DNA of 64,000 nt, taken from contig MU061168.1 in the NCBI GenBank assembly GCA_013265495.1, forward strand, positions 1,400,209 to 1,464,208, written 5' to 3'. Both the position numbers and the translations under genes were made by a program. Positions 1 through 11,490 of this stretch are shown piece by piece. The notes beneath the pieces are model-generated. The model was not told where the DNA came from and did no database searches. It was given only the letters and a program-made list of their open reading frames with translations. How positions within the stretch are numbered: the first letter of the stretch is position 1; the number at the start of each line of letters is the position of its first letter. The stretch comes from Vicugna vicugna. Its lineage: Eukaryota.

Positions 1-252
1 ATATGACGAGGCTACATCAAGATGTGCTGTAACTATAAAATACGTGATAGATTTTGAAGACAGAACAAGGAAAGTGTGAAATATTTTATTAATATTTTTA
101 TATTGATTACATGTTGACATAATATTTATTTTTAAAGCAAAATATGCTCTTGAAATCAATGTTACCTGTTTCTTTTTACTTGCTAAAATGTGCTACTGGA
201 GAATTTTTTATTGCCTGTGTATCTCACATTATACTTCCACTGGACAGCGCTG
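1..252 (-). mobile_element. MER33-type hAT-Charlie DNA transposon (MITE), cut by the window start
   Basis: Follows the MER33 reverse complement (gagatgtgctgtaa..., tattgattacatgttga, ttggacagcgctg terminus). It is followed by ctctagag (253-260), the NTCTAGAN target typical of Charlie elements. Confidence 0.8.
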
Positions 253-1454
253 CTCTAGAGTTTAAAGAGCAATCGAGTTTAAGTACTGCAGATTTAGGCA
301 GCCAGTGTCCTGAGAATCTGACGGGGCCTGGTAGCAGTGACTTGGTGGCAGGCTTCACTAGTGAGCCCTGCTTGTACATTGTCCCTTACTGTGACTTGCC
401 CATGGACACTAGGCAGGAGCCTGCAGCCTCCTCTTTACAAACAAGATCAAGTCTGCAACTGATTCGATGAAGCAGGAGGTGGGGACTAGGGTGGAGGAAG
501 CCATTGTGCCCACTTATCTGTGCCCAGTGCCCCTCTTCAGAGTGATGACGGGAGGGGCTGTGGGAGAAGCTGTGAAAGAAAGACCCCCGTGAGTTTGGTG
601 GAGGCCAATAGGCTAGCGACACTGGGGAGAGCCACCCTGAAAGGTTGATACATGCGTTTTTACAACCAGTGCTGATGATGTGCTGGGGTCTCTGGGAGAG
701 GACGGCAGAACATTATTTCACAAATAGCAATGAGATGTTTGTGTGTACAGAGAACCATCCCTGGACCGGGCACCCTTCAATGCTGCATAGGGAGCACCTC
801 AGGCCAGGTCACTATTCTCAGAGCTCTCTGGTGGGAGAAGGTTAGATTTTTTTGGACCAGAATTACATTCTGGGCTCTTGGGGGGCAGGATCCCAGAGAG
901 AGGAGCGCCTAGGAAGCAGGGCCCCAAGAGATCTGATCTCAGTAAATGCTGGAAGCCCCTGATGGAGGCGTGGGAATTGTCTTTGGGCTCTTTTTGCTGC
1001 TTGAAAGTCAATGAATCAAATAGTCCAACTATTTTGGGATATCTACAACTACTATTACTCTGACTATCCATCTAATGAATATGAATGAAAATTATTTTTC
1101 AGAAAATAACCAGTTCACCCCAGAAGTTAATCAGCTGCAGAAGGGAGGAGGTAGAAGTCTGTGCAATGGCCGGGCTGTCTTCCAAGGAGCTCCTTGGGGT
1201 CTTCATCTAGCAGGCTGGGGATGGGGCCCAGCTGAAGCTGGAAATTGTGGTCTGCATGACACAGGAGCCTCGAGGGGAAAGTCCTTGTTGCTGTTTTCCT
1301 CCATGAGCAAAGGACAAGAGAAGAGCCTGCTGTGCTCCTGTCCCAGAAGCAAATGTCTGAGGCAGGGTATTGTGGCAGCCGGAGCGCTGAGTGCAGGTCA
1401 GGAGATGTGACCTCTGGCACTGGATCTATCTGTCATGTACTGGTGGAATGACCC

Positions 1455-1512
1455 TGGGGAAAGTGACTGTCTCTCTACTCCTCAGTTTTCTCATCTATAA
1501 AATGGGAGGGGA
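1455..1512 (+). mobile_element. MIR SINE core fragment
   Basis: ctcagttttctcatctataaaatggg matches the MIR core. Confidence 0.65.
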
Positions 1513-4149
1513 TTGACTACACAACAATTAAACCCTATGTATATACAGCCACATTGTCTCCCCGCCACTAGCAGAGCTGTCTGGAAATTGACAACACTGT
1601 ACATTGTGATGGTTCAGCTTCTCTGAAGAGCTGTCTATACATGTGTAACGAGAATGATCCAAGGCTCTATACACCTGCTGGCTTGGAGAGCCCACTTTTC
1701 TAGCAGAACCTTGAAGAGGAAAGGAAGGATGGGTACAACGGGGTGGACTTCACTTCAAGCCAAATGCCTGCAGAGAGGTGACTGAATGGCTCAGCCAGCT
1801 CTACAGTTCATGACCTGGAAGGAGGCCACAGCCCCACTGAAAATGGATGTTTGCGGACACTCAGACACGTGAAACGCTGTCCGGGGTAAACAGCGTACTT
1901 CCCGAGGACAGCGCTAAAATGCATGTGCTTGAGGAGATGCGCCTGCAGGATGTCAATAAGTGTGATGTTTGCCGTGTTTCTTTTTCCTGTAGAGTTGCTA
2001 AAGGGCAGAATGAAAAATAAAAAGGGGTTGCCTTGGGTTGTCATTTGGGTTTCTTCCAAAAAAGTGGTCCTTAGTGTTCCAGTTACATCATCAACCTTGA
2101 GTCCAGACCACCTGAAGGTCGCTTTTGGGTCAGGAGGTTTAACCCCAGGTAGGGGACGGGGCAGGGGAAGAGGTGGGCAGCGTCTGGCTGCGTGGGGACC
2201 CTGACAGAGACAGCCGGCCAAAGCCTCACCTGGCCAGGGTCCTCCTGGGGCTTCCTGGAGGCCTCACTCTACAAGAAATCCCTTGAGAACCTCTTTTCCC
2301 TAAGGCAGCCTTCTCAGGGTATCCTTAACAATTCCAGCTCGTTGATCCAGGGCCCAGCCTCTTCCTGACCCTCTCCTCGACCTCCTGAGGAAGAATCAAA
2401 GTCACAGAAGGAAAGGAGGAGGGGCAGTTTCTTGAAGGCTGAAGCGATTGGCCAGCAAACCTGCACCTCCCTTCTCAGACCCCGCCCCTCCCAGCTCTGC
2501 AGCCTCTGAGCCGGTTTGTCTCCACCCCCACTTCCTGGGCCCCTTCCAGCCAGTCCAGACGTGGGGCAGCCTAACTGCTTCAGCCAGGTGTTTCCCCTAC
2601 AAGCTGGAGGCCCACCGCCCTCTCTCCACCTGGTGGGGGTTCAAGGAGCCAGGGGAGGGGCTCTCTCTAGATAGATTGCAGAAGGTCTTCTCCTTTGTAC
2701 CATTTTGTGTGCTTTGCATTGTCTGACTCTTTTACGAAGAGTGTGTGTTAGTTTCACATTTGGCCTAAACTGGACATGTATGTTTTGTTTGCAGAAATAA
2801 AGACTCTACTACCACACCGGTCATCACCCCTTCCTCTCTTCCCTGCCCCTGCACCCTGGGGCGAGTGTCCCCCTGTCACCTGTCCAAGCCCAGAACCCAA
2901 AGATGCCCCTGACTACCTTCTGCTTGAGCCCCTCTCCCAATTAGTCCCCCTGCACACCCATCTTACCCTCATATCTAGGTATACAGGAATTTCTCTCAAT
3001 TATTCTGTTGTCTGCCCACGTCCGCAACATCGTTTAGTGAAGCCCAGCCATGCACCGGACCTCGAGCTAGTTCCCGATGGTGCAGGGGCTGCCTCCCCCT
3101 TGGCTGGTCATTCCCTCTGTCCTGGAGAACTTACATTCAGACCCCCTAGGCTTTCTCTTCTCCCCTCAAATCGATTTACCCTTGTCACCCAGCCCTCTAA
3201 CTGGGCACTTCAATGAGTAAAAAGGGCTGTGATTAACAACTCCAACAGGATGGCAGGAAGACTACCATCCCTCCTTGCTGTTGCTCGATGGAGTGGACTC
3301 CCCCGGACCCCAGTGTCAACCCAGCTTTCTCAGACCTGCCTTCAGATGCTGCCAGAGTCCAATGAACAAGACTCCTGCTCCATGAGGCTTACCTTCGGAT
3401 GGGGGAATGGAGAAATAAAAATAATAAGAGTAATTATTATTATTAAGTGAATTATATTGGGTTTTGTAAGTCCTGTGGGAAAACGACAAAGTAAAGCAGA
3501 AAACAGGGAACGGGTGAGGGCAGGCTGCAACCTCCTCTGAATGGAAATGAATGGAAACTGTCTATCAGATAAGTCCTTACACAGTGCGGGAGATCAAGCG
3601 TGATTCTAGAACAAAGTGATTTGGCAACGATTCCTTAGGAGTGTGCAGCCAAAACAAAAACTTTATTCAGTATTTGAACTTGTTTGTATTGACAGTGTTT
3701 TTTTTTTTTTTGAGCTCTTCTCTTAAGTTTTCACATAGAGCAAGTAAGTATTTATGTTTATTTTGATAGGAACCTAGATTTCAGGCTTAGTGAGAGGAAA
3801 GTCCAATTGTAGACCCAAAATAAAACATTTGAAGCAGGAGCCGTGTACTTTTGGAACTGAATTGAATCTATCAATATGAAGTCATGCCTTTATAAAACAT
3901 TAAATTAAAGTATATATTTCCTTTTTTGCTTTTTTTTTTTTTCCCTACTGAAATGGCCCAGTAGCAATGTACCCCAGCTTTTGGTTTCTAACGCTATTTT
4001 TCTCTCAAAAGGAGCCAGGGTTTCTCGGAGCAATGTCTAATTCCATGCGTGGTCTGGGGTGGAAGGGTGCAAGGCAACCCCAGGACATCTACACCCTGTT
4101 GGTCCAGAAGCAAAGCTTTAAATAATTGGCTCATCCAAAATAATGTAAG

Positions 4150-4330
4150 AGTCAGTCCTAAAGGGACACCCCCAGCCAAAGTTGGGACAATGTGAGCATC
4201 AAAAGGAGAATACTGGCTGACAGCAACTGACATGATAAGTTTGAAAAGTCATGAGTCCGTAACTGTACTCAAAAAGAGCAAATGCTAATACAAGGAATTC
4301 TCAAAGAAGATGAAGAGAATGTATTTCTAA
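4150..4330 (+). mobile_element. Old L1MC-like 3' UTR fragment
   Basis: gccaaagttgggacaatgtgagcatc...catgagtccgtaactg resembles L1MC 3' ends. Confidence 0.4.
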
Positions 4331-5764
4331 TGATTCTTGTTATTGACTCCTGTTGGGTTTATTGGACTCACTGTATCAAAGACCAATAGTGAATATAAAT
4401 CAGTAACTGTAGATACATCAGTGAGAAGGCATTTCTCCACCACCACCATTCCCTGGCTCAGCCATGACCCTCACCCACCTGAGCGCCTGCAACGGCCTCC
4501 TCTTCCAGCCTTTCTGCGCGTGCCTATCTCGGGTCCTGCCAGGGATTCCGCGGAGAAGTTCTCTTAAGTTCCTTCCATAGACTGGTAGACTTTGTCTAGC
4601 CTCTGTGCTACCCTCCCTATCTCTTAGATACTTTTTCTTATTTTTCTGTGTGTCCTATTTTATCTTTTGGCTATCTTCCTGTGCGCGCAAAGTCCTCAAG
4701 TTGCTTTGGAACCTGGCCTGACTCATTCCTTCGTGGAAGTTCCGGCAGCTCCTAGAGCCCACCTGGAGCGGGGACCTCATTACGTCCACGGGTGTCTGGC
4801 GCCACCTTGTGTTGAGTGCTGGAACTTCCTTCTTTTGTTCCCACTCGCCGCTACGCCCTCTGGGTTTCCCTGCTGGAGAAAAGGAAAACTCAAGACAAGT
4901 TGCCTAGAATGAGAACACAATGGCAAAACTTCCCCGGGCTTGATCCCTAGCCAGCCTCCACCGTCATCAGTGGCTTTAGAGTGCGGCAGCCACCATCTCC
5001 TCACTCGTGCTCTGTCCGCAGCACATCATTAGAGGCGCCACTTTGTGCCCACGTGACTCCCCCCCCCCCCCTGCTGGACCCGGGGCCTCGGCCTCACGCC
5101 CTGTCTGCCGGTCTTTCCTCTCTGCTGCCCTTTCCTACCTCTTAAGAAAAAGAGGTTCCTCCCGCCCCAACTGTGTGTCCTATTTCTAGCCTGTCCCTGG
5201 GTTTGACTGGCTTTCTGGGGGATGTTCTCATGCGGGGAGAGTCATATTAAACCATTTTGGCATCTGGTCTGTGACATTTGGAACAGGCACACAAGAGCTG
5301 ACCCCAAATTACAGTTTTCTCTTGCTGGCTCCAGGAACCCTGAAGTCCTCAAGGACCTAACGAAAAAGCCCAGAAAACCCATCCTCGCCAGAGGTGGGCG
5401 CACACGCAGATGGGAGCAGGAGGCTCTTGAAGGGAAGACAGTCCTTTCTGTCTCCTTTGGGGAGCGGTTGCCAGCCCAGGAGAGGATGTAAAACCCCATT
5501 AAGGGCCTTGGAGGAAAAATTGATGAGCCTTTTCAGGTACCTACAAGAAGCTCCCAAAGCAAAAGGACAAACTCTCCTATTGTGGAGGGGGTACGTGCTG
5601 GGTCCCTAGGTTACAGAAGGCCAATGGGGTGGAAGAATGATTGTATTTTAAATAAAGAGTTTTAATTTAGCAGATGGCAGCAAGTGGGTGCTGAAATGTA
5701 CATATGTGTAACTGTAAGCAGCTCAGTTTTTTTATGAGATAATCTCTTTGTCAGATCAAAGGAT

Positions 5765-5860
5765 TTGTCTCCTTCCACCCTCCTCCTTTCTTCACTTTCT
5801 TTCCTCCTTTCCATCCTCCCTCCCTCCCTATCTCCTTCCTTCCTTCTTTCCTTCCTTTTC
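5765..5860. repeat. Pyrimidine-rich (CCTT/CTTT) low-complexity tract
   Basis: Near-pure C/T run built from cttc/cctt units. Confidence 0.8.
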
Positions 5861-7125
5861 TAACAAAATTTTAAACTCTGAAAGAAAAGTTGATTTGGGG
5901 TTGGTAAAGACAAGCCTAAGGTTGAAGAACTGATAACCCTGGGTCTGAGGTGAGGTTCTAGACGTGTTGCCTAAAGGCGAAAAGCCCAGGTTCTGGTGAT
6001 GTATATGGTATTGGTGGTGGTGGGACATATACAGGAGGAGGGGTGTGGACTCCCCGCCTACCCCAGTGGGCAGTGCTCAGGCTCCTCTCCTTGCTCCTCT
6101 CACCTAACTGGTTGTTGGAGCTTCACGGCTTGGGTGGGTCCACCAAGGCCAGACTGGGCTGAAGGTGCAGCCCCAGGGGGAACAGGAGCCCAGGAACAGC
6201 ACGTTGGAAGCCCAGAGCCTTCTGAGCCTGATGGAGGAGGCGTCTGACTTACGTGATATCAGTGTTTGCACCTGAGATTTTATCTGAGCATGTTGAACCG
6301 GCCGGACCTCTCGTGAAGAAGTGTCCACTCTTCTGGGTAGGACAGGACAGGAGAGGAAAGTATGTCTGCTGTAGCCACTAATAAGCAAACTCCTGTCCCT
6401 GAGGGAGAATGTTGCCACTTTGGAAATGGGCTTGTCCACTCTGTGAGGACTGAGATGACTGGGTCTGGGGCACGCATCTTGCTTGTCTAGGTCCGTAGTG
6501 TCTGAGACACCTGGAAGACATCTGATCAAGGTGGTGGAGTGGGCACATATATAAACCCTTTCTGTAACTTCGTCCAGCCACAGTGATTGAGGCCAGAGTG
6601 ATTGATGAAACACACGCAGGCACACATGCAATCACACACCAATCAATCATTGTGGACCAATAATGAAGAATCAGTCTACAGGGTAAGCTGATGAAGTGTA
6701 GCCTGAGGGTCGAGGAGACTGGTTATACATAGGTTGGGATTCACAGCTCAGGCGGGGACGGAGATGAATGTACCCCTTACTTGGCAGGAGAGTGGACCTG
6801 TGCTCACTGCACGAAGCTGGGTTGGGGCTGGTTGTCTCGTCTATCCAGTGAATGGGGGCTGAACACACTTCAGAATAGGTGCTGCTTGCTGATGGTGCAG
6901 GGAGGGAAAAGAGCATCTTTGTTCCAGAAAGGAACATGGGCTGCACCCATGGAATTTACCTGAAAGTCCATAGCTTTAGGCCTGGTGCTGGGTGTGTAAA
7001 CTAGGAAGAGTGGGCTAAGCCAGCTGCAAAAGAACCTACCACGCAAGGACTTGTTCATGAAAAACACTCCCAGGCAGAGTGAGCTGTGAAACAAAAATGA
7101 CAAAAGACGTGATGAGATTCCTCAT

Positions 7126-7290
7126 GAACAGCACAGGGAACTATGTTCAATATCTTGTAATAACCTTTAATGGAAAAAATGTGAAAAGGAATATATGTAT
7201 GTACATGCATGGCTGGGACATTGTGCTCTACACCAGAAATTGACACTTTGTAATTTACTGTACTTCATTTAAAAAAAAAAGAAAAAAGAA
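7126..7290 (+). mobile_element. 5'-truncated L1 3' end (about 165 bp) with poly(A) and TSD
   Basis: cagcacagggaactatgttcaatatcttgtaataacc...A-tail; attcctcat is duplicated at 7117-7125 and 7291-7299. Confidence 0.88.
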
Positions 7291-7896
7291 ATTCCTCATA
7301 AGGCATATTTTACAGACTCAACAAACAGAAGAATTCATAATGAACAGATGGAAATAATAGATAATTCGAAAATCTAAAAACTCGTGGAATGTATCCTACC
7401 CTTCCTTAAAATTTAGTGGTGGCGGGGATTTTCCCTGCCAGTTGAGACTTTTGGGGTTAATTCTGGGTAACAGAAAGCTCTATAGGCACTTTAACTAGGA
7501 GTTTTTGTTCATGCTTAAAATTACCTCTTCCCAGAGAGTAATAAAAACTTTGAACTCTCATGAGAGATAATGCTTCTTTTGTCTTTAGCAGATAGCTTCC
7601 TTACGTTGGGAAAGGGTGTGATCAGTTTCTCTCTTTTTTTACCTCCTCCTCCTTTACCTGCTGCCACTGAGGACCCCTCTGAGACTGGGGTTCAAGGAGG
7701 AACGTGGGGAAAGGGGGATCAGGGAGGTCCTACTTGACTGGAACAATGGAAAGTGGGGTTTGGACTCCCTGGGCCTGGCTGAGATTTAAAGCAGATTCTT
7801 TCTCCTGTGGGTAATTTTGTGGGTTCTTTGTCAGCTTTTCTGCTGAAACTTTCAGACTGTAACTCCCATGTAGGCAAGAATTTTGTTTTTCCCGTT

Positions 7897-8314
7897 TGTG
7901 ATGGTTAACTTTACGTGTGAACTTGGCTGGGCCAGGGGGTGACCAGATATTTCCATGATCATGCTTCTGGGTGTGCCTGCCAGGGTGTTTCTGGATGAGA
8001 TCAGCATTTGAATTGTAGATTGAGTAAAGAAGACTGCCCTCTCCAAGGTGGGTGGGCCTCATCCAACCTAGTGAAGGCCTGAATGGAATAAAAAGGCTGA
8101 GTGAGAAAGAATTCTCTCTCTGCCCAACTGTCTTTGAGCTGGGACATCGCTATTCCATTTTCAGACTCAGACTTGGACTGTAATTTACACCATTGGCTTT
8201 CCTGGGGCTCCAGTTTGCCAACTGTGGGTCTTGGGACTTAGCCTCCAATTCACATGAGCCTGTTCCTTATAGTAAACCTCAATCTCTCTCTCTCTCCCCA
8301 TCTCTCTATATAAA

Positions 8315-8374
<60 letters not shown>

Positions 8375-8465
8375 TCAGACTAATACAGATTCTCCAGGGA
8401 CATAGAACCAATAGAAGATAGCCCTCTCTCACTCACTATCTATCTGTCTCTTCCAGATTATTACA
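7897..8465 (+). mobile_element. MLT2 LTR (5' LTR of the ERVL provirus)
   Basis: Starts tgtgatggttaac; contains the MLT2 motifs gtgggtgggcctcatccaa and gagctgggacatc; ends ...ttaca directly before the ERVL internal start ggttttggtactgag. Confidence 0.9.
8319..8372. repeat. (TAT)18 microsatellite inside the LTR
   Basis: Direct count; it produces the poly-Y and poly-I ORFs in the track. Confidence 0.97.
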
Positions 8466-8602
8466 GGTTTTGGTACTGAGAGTGGTTCTAGACTTACAGA
8501 ATTTTAAGCGTGAGTTTCTCAAATTGGTTCTGGGGCTTCTGGAGTTGGTTGTCTAATCTGATTTGATTTAAAGGTGATAATGACTTTATTTCCTATAGGA
8601 AA

Positions 8603-8977
8603 GTGAGCACTGATAGTCTGTGGAATGATTTGGCTGTAGGAATCTGTGAAATATCTCTGCTGGATACTCCTGATCTGCCGCTTATAGGAAGCAAGGATTT
8701 GGGTGGCTGTGTATATGATACTTTTGAACACTTTCAGAAAAAAAAAAAAGAATATAACTGTGAGGCTGGCTGGTGGGTCCTAATGTCACTGGACAAGGTG
8801 GCAAAAAGAAAGGATGAGCTGAGGGATTTGAATTCCTGGCTCAAACATTGCATAGATGACCCGCAAGCTCCCAGGTATGCCCTGAGGGAATCTCTCACCT
8901 TCTGCAGCTGGAGGTCTGAGATTGCTGAAAATCATACACAGAACTGCAGCCTGAGACTGAGTTACAATGCAAGGTGA
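8603..8977 (+). pseudogene. ERVL gag N-terminal remnant (124-codon open stretch)
   Basis: DSLW..LDTPD.PL..K..YDTFEH...EY..AGW..LMSLDKV.K.KDELRD.NS...ALRESL..C..R.EIAENHTQ matches HERV-L gag as I recall it. Confidence 0.85.
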
Positions 8978-9763
8978 GCTCCCGGCTTTGCAGGGCATCT
9001 ACTGCTAAGCGGGGGGCACTGACTGGGCAAGAAGCGGGTCCTGTGAATTGCAGTGAGGATGTGTGGGGAGGCTCTGGTGAAGCTGTGGACATTGACTCCT
9101 AGATCTTGATGAGTTTTTGCCAGTGGAAGAGGCCACCCCCAGGAGAGGCAGTCTTCCCACTGCAGTGGTTCCAGTTCCCCACTGAGTGACTTAGCCTTGC
9201 ATCGGCTGCAGAAACAGTGATGCCTCTTCTGAGGCAGTTGCTCTGCAAGACGATGCTGAACCTTCTCAGGACCCAGCCCCATACTAGAAGCTCTTTGCTT
9301 CTAGACCCATAACTAGACTCAAGCCCTGGCCGCCCCCGGGGGTGAGGCCCAAAGTGTCACCGGTGAAGAGGTGTGCTGCACTCCAAAAGAATGACTCAGG
9401 TTTCCTAACGTATGCAGACAGCAATCCAGGGAGCACGTGTAGGAATGGACATGGAGGGTGTGGGATAATTGTGAGAAGAACATAAAGATGGATCGGGTTG
9501 TCTTTATTCATACAGACTCACTAAGCAGAGACTCTACACTTACGGTGCAGCTTGGGGAGTTAGGAAGTGCTCCGAAGGTTTGATTGTTTGGTTGACTTAA
9601 ACATGGAGTAACGTTGGCTCACAGCAAGCAAATTAGACATGCCAGACTTGCCTTGGTTTTATGTAGGAGGGATCCAAAGACTTAGGGAAATTAGAATGTT
9701 AGAGTGGATTTGTCATTTAAGACCTACTACCCACATTGGGAGGGCCCAGAAGACATAACTTTC

Positions 9764-10180
9764 TTTTCTATTTTATTTAAAAAATTAAAGTATAGTTGGT
9801 TTACAATATTATATCAGTTTCTGGTATATGACATGATTCAATATTTTTATAGTTATTTAAAGTTAGTATAAAATATTGGCTATATTCCCTGTGCTGTACA
9901 TTCCATCCTTGTATCTTATTTCTTTTCTTTTTCCCCCTCCTTTTAAAAATTGAAGTATAGTTGGTTTACAATGTTGTGTTAATTTCAGGTTTATTTATTT
10001 TCTACCTACTAGTTCAATCTCCTTCACCTATCTTGCCCCCCTCAGACCCCTCTCCCCACTGGTAACCACTAGTTTGTTCTCTGTATCTGTGAGTCTGCTT
10101 CTGTTTTGTTACATTCATTTGTTTGTTTTAGTTTTTAGATTTTGCCTATAAGTGAAAACATACAGTATTTGCCTTTCTCT
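9764..10180 (-). mobile_element. L1 3' end inserted in ERVL gag, with a second short L1 3' end nested at about 9922-9990
   Basis: Two aagtatagttggtttacaat L1 termini; cagaagac occurs on both flanks. Confidence 0.85.
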
Positions 10181-11465
10181 GCAGAAGACCTTTCACCACC
10201 ACTGTGAGAAATGAATCTGAGAAGGGAGCCCCGATATCCTTGAAGAGCTGTGATCAGCCTTCTCTGCAGGTCAGATCTCAGTCATTGAGAAGCAGTCACT
10301 GAGATCTGAATGCGACAGGAGTCATTGGATCCAAGGTGGCAGGGGCCAAGTGGTGGCATTCAACTGGTGGACATGGTTAGTGTAACGGACTGCGGTCGGG
10401 ACAGTCTAACTCACACAGACCTATGGCACTGGCGGGTTGATCCCGGTGTTCCTAGAAGTGAAACAGATAGGAAGCCTTCTAGATTCCCACTTGATCTGTA
10501 CAAATGGAGAAGTTCTAGGTCAAGTGAATAGAAGTCTAACCTGAATCCTAAAAACAGAGAACTATGGCTTCTTGATCAATTTCCAGACCTGAGCCAGTTT
10601 ATAGACCCAGAACCCCTTGAATGAAGGGGAGGCTGGTCTCCTTTAGGAAGAACACTGGAACATCACCCCAAATTTAACTGTTACTTTTCCTCTCAGCTTT
10701 CCCCAAAGTGGCTTAGAGCCTTTGACTGGGGTAACTGCACTGGGGAAAAGGTAATAATCAGGTCTTTTGGGGATGACTAGACCCTGTCTCTGAACTGGGT
10801 GATTCTGGGAGACGCAACATGTCACTGTGGTCTCCTGGTCAGAGGAGGGACTTACGAAGTTCAGGTGATCAATGAGGGCTGTGTCAGAGGGGGCCCAGTG
10901 GGTCCCTGAACACACCCTGAGGCTATTTCCCTGGTTCTAGGAGGCATAATTGGAACAGATATACTCAGCAGCTGGCAGAATCCCCACACTGGTTCTCTGA
11001 CGCGTGGAATGAGGGCTACTATGGTGGGAAAGGCAGAGTGGAAGCCCCTAAAATTGTCTCTACCTAGGAAACTGGTAACTCGAAGGCAATGCGACATTCT
11101 TGGAGGGAGTGCAGAGACTAGTGGACCATCAAGGACTTGAAAGATGCACGGGGGTGATTCCTACCCCTCCCGCATTCACCCACCTGTGCGACCTAGCGAA
11201 AGACAGATGGACCCTGGGGAATGACCGCGGGGCGTGGATTATTGTGAGCTTAACCACGTGGTGTTTCTCATTGCAGCTGCCGTTCCAGACATGAGTTCAT
11301 TGCCTGAGCAAATCAACACAGCCCTCGGCACCTGGTTTGCAGCTATTGATCTGGCAATTGCTTTTTACTCATTACCTGTTAGTTAAGGCCTCCAGAAGCA
11401 GTGTCCTTTCAGTTGGCAAGGCCAGCATCCCACCCTCCCTTGTTCTAACTCAGGGATATGTCAAC

Positions 11466-11490
11466 TCCTCTCTCTCTCTCTCTCTCTCTT
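11466..11490. repeat. (CT)n microsatellite
   Basis: Direct observation. Confidence 0.95.

Noticed and set aside
5667-5685. CTCF site (ttagcagatggcagca; similar at about 26471, 37731 and 47596)
   Set aside because: Only the 3' half of the motif matches, and it is equally a CAGATG E-box; it cannot be called from sequence alone.
6104-6631. 175-aa minus-strand ORF
   Set aside because: No recognisable domain or splice structure; this length is plausible by chance in GC-rich DNA.
8193-8432. Poly-Tyr and poly-Ile ORFs
   Set aside because: These are translations of the (TAT)18 microsatellite.
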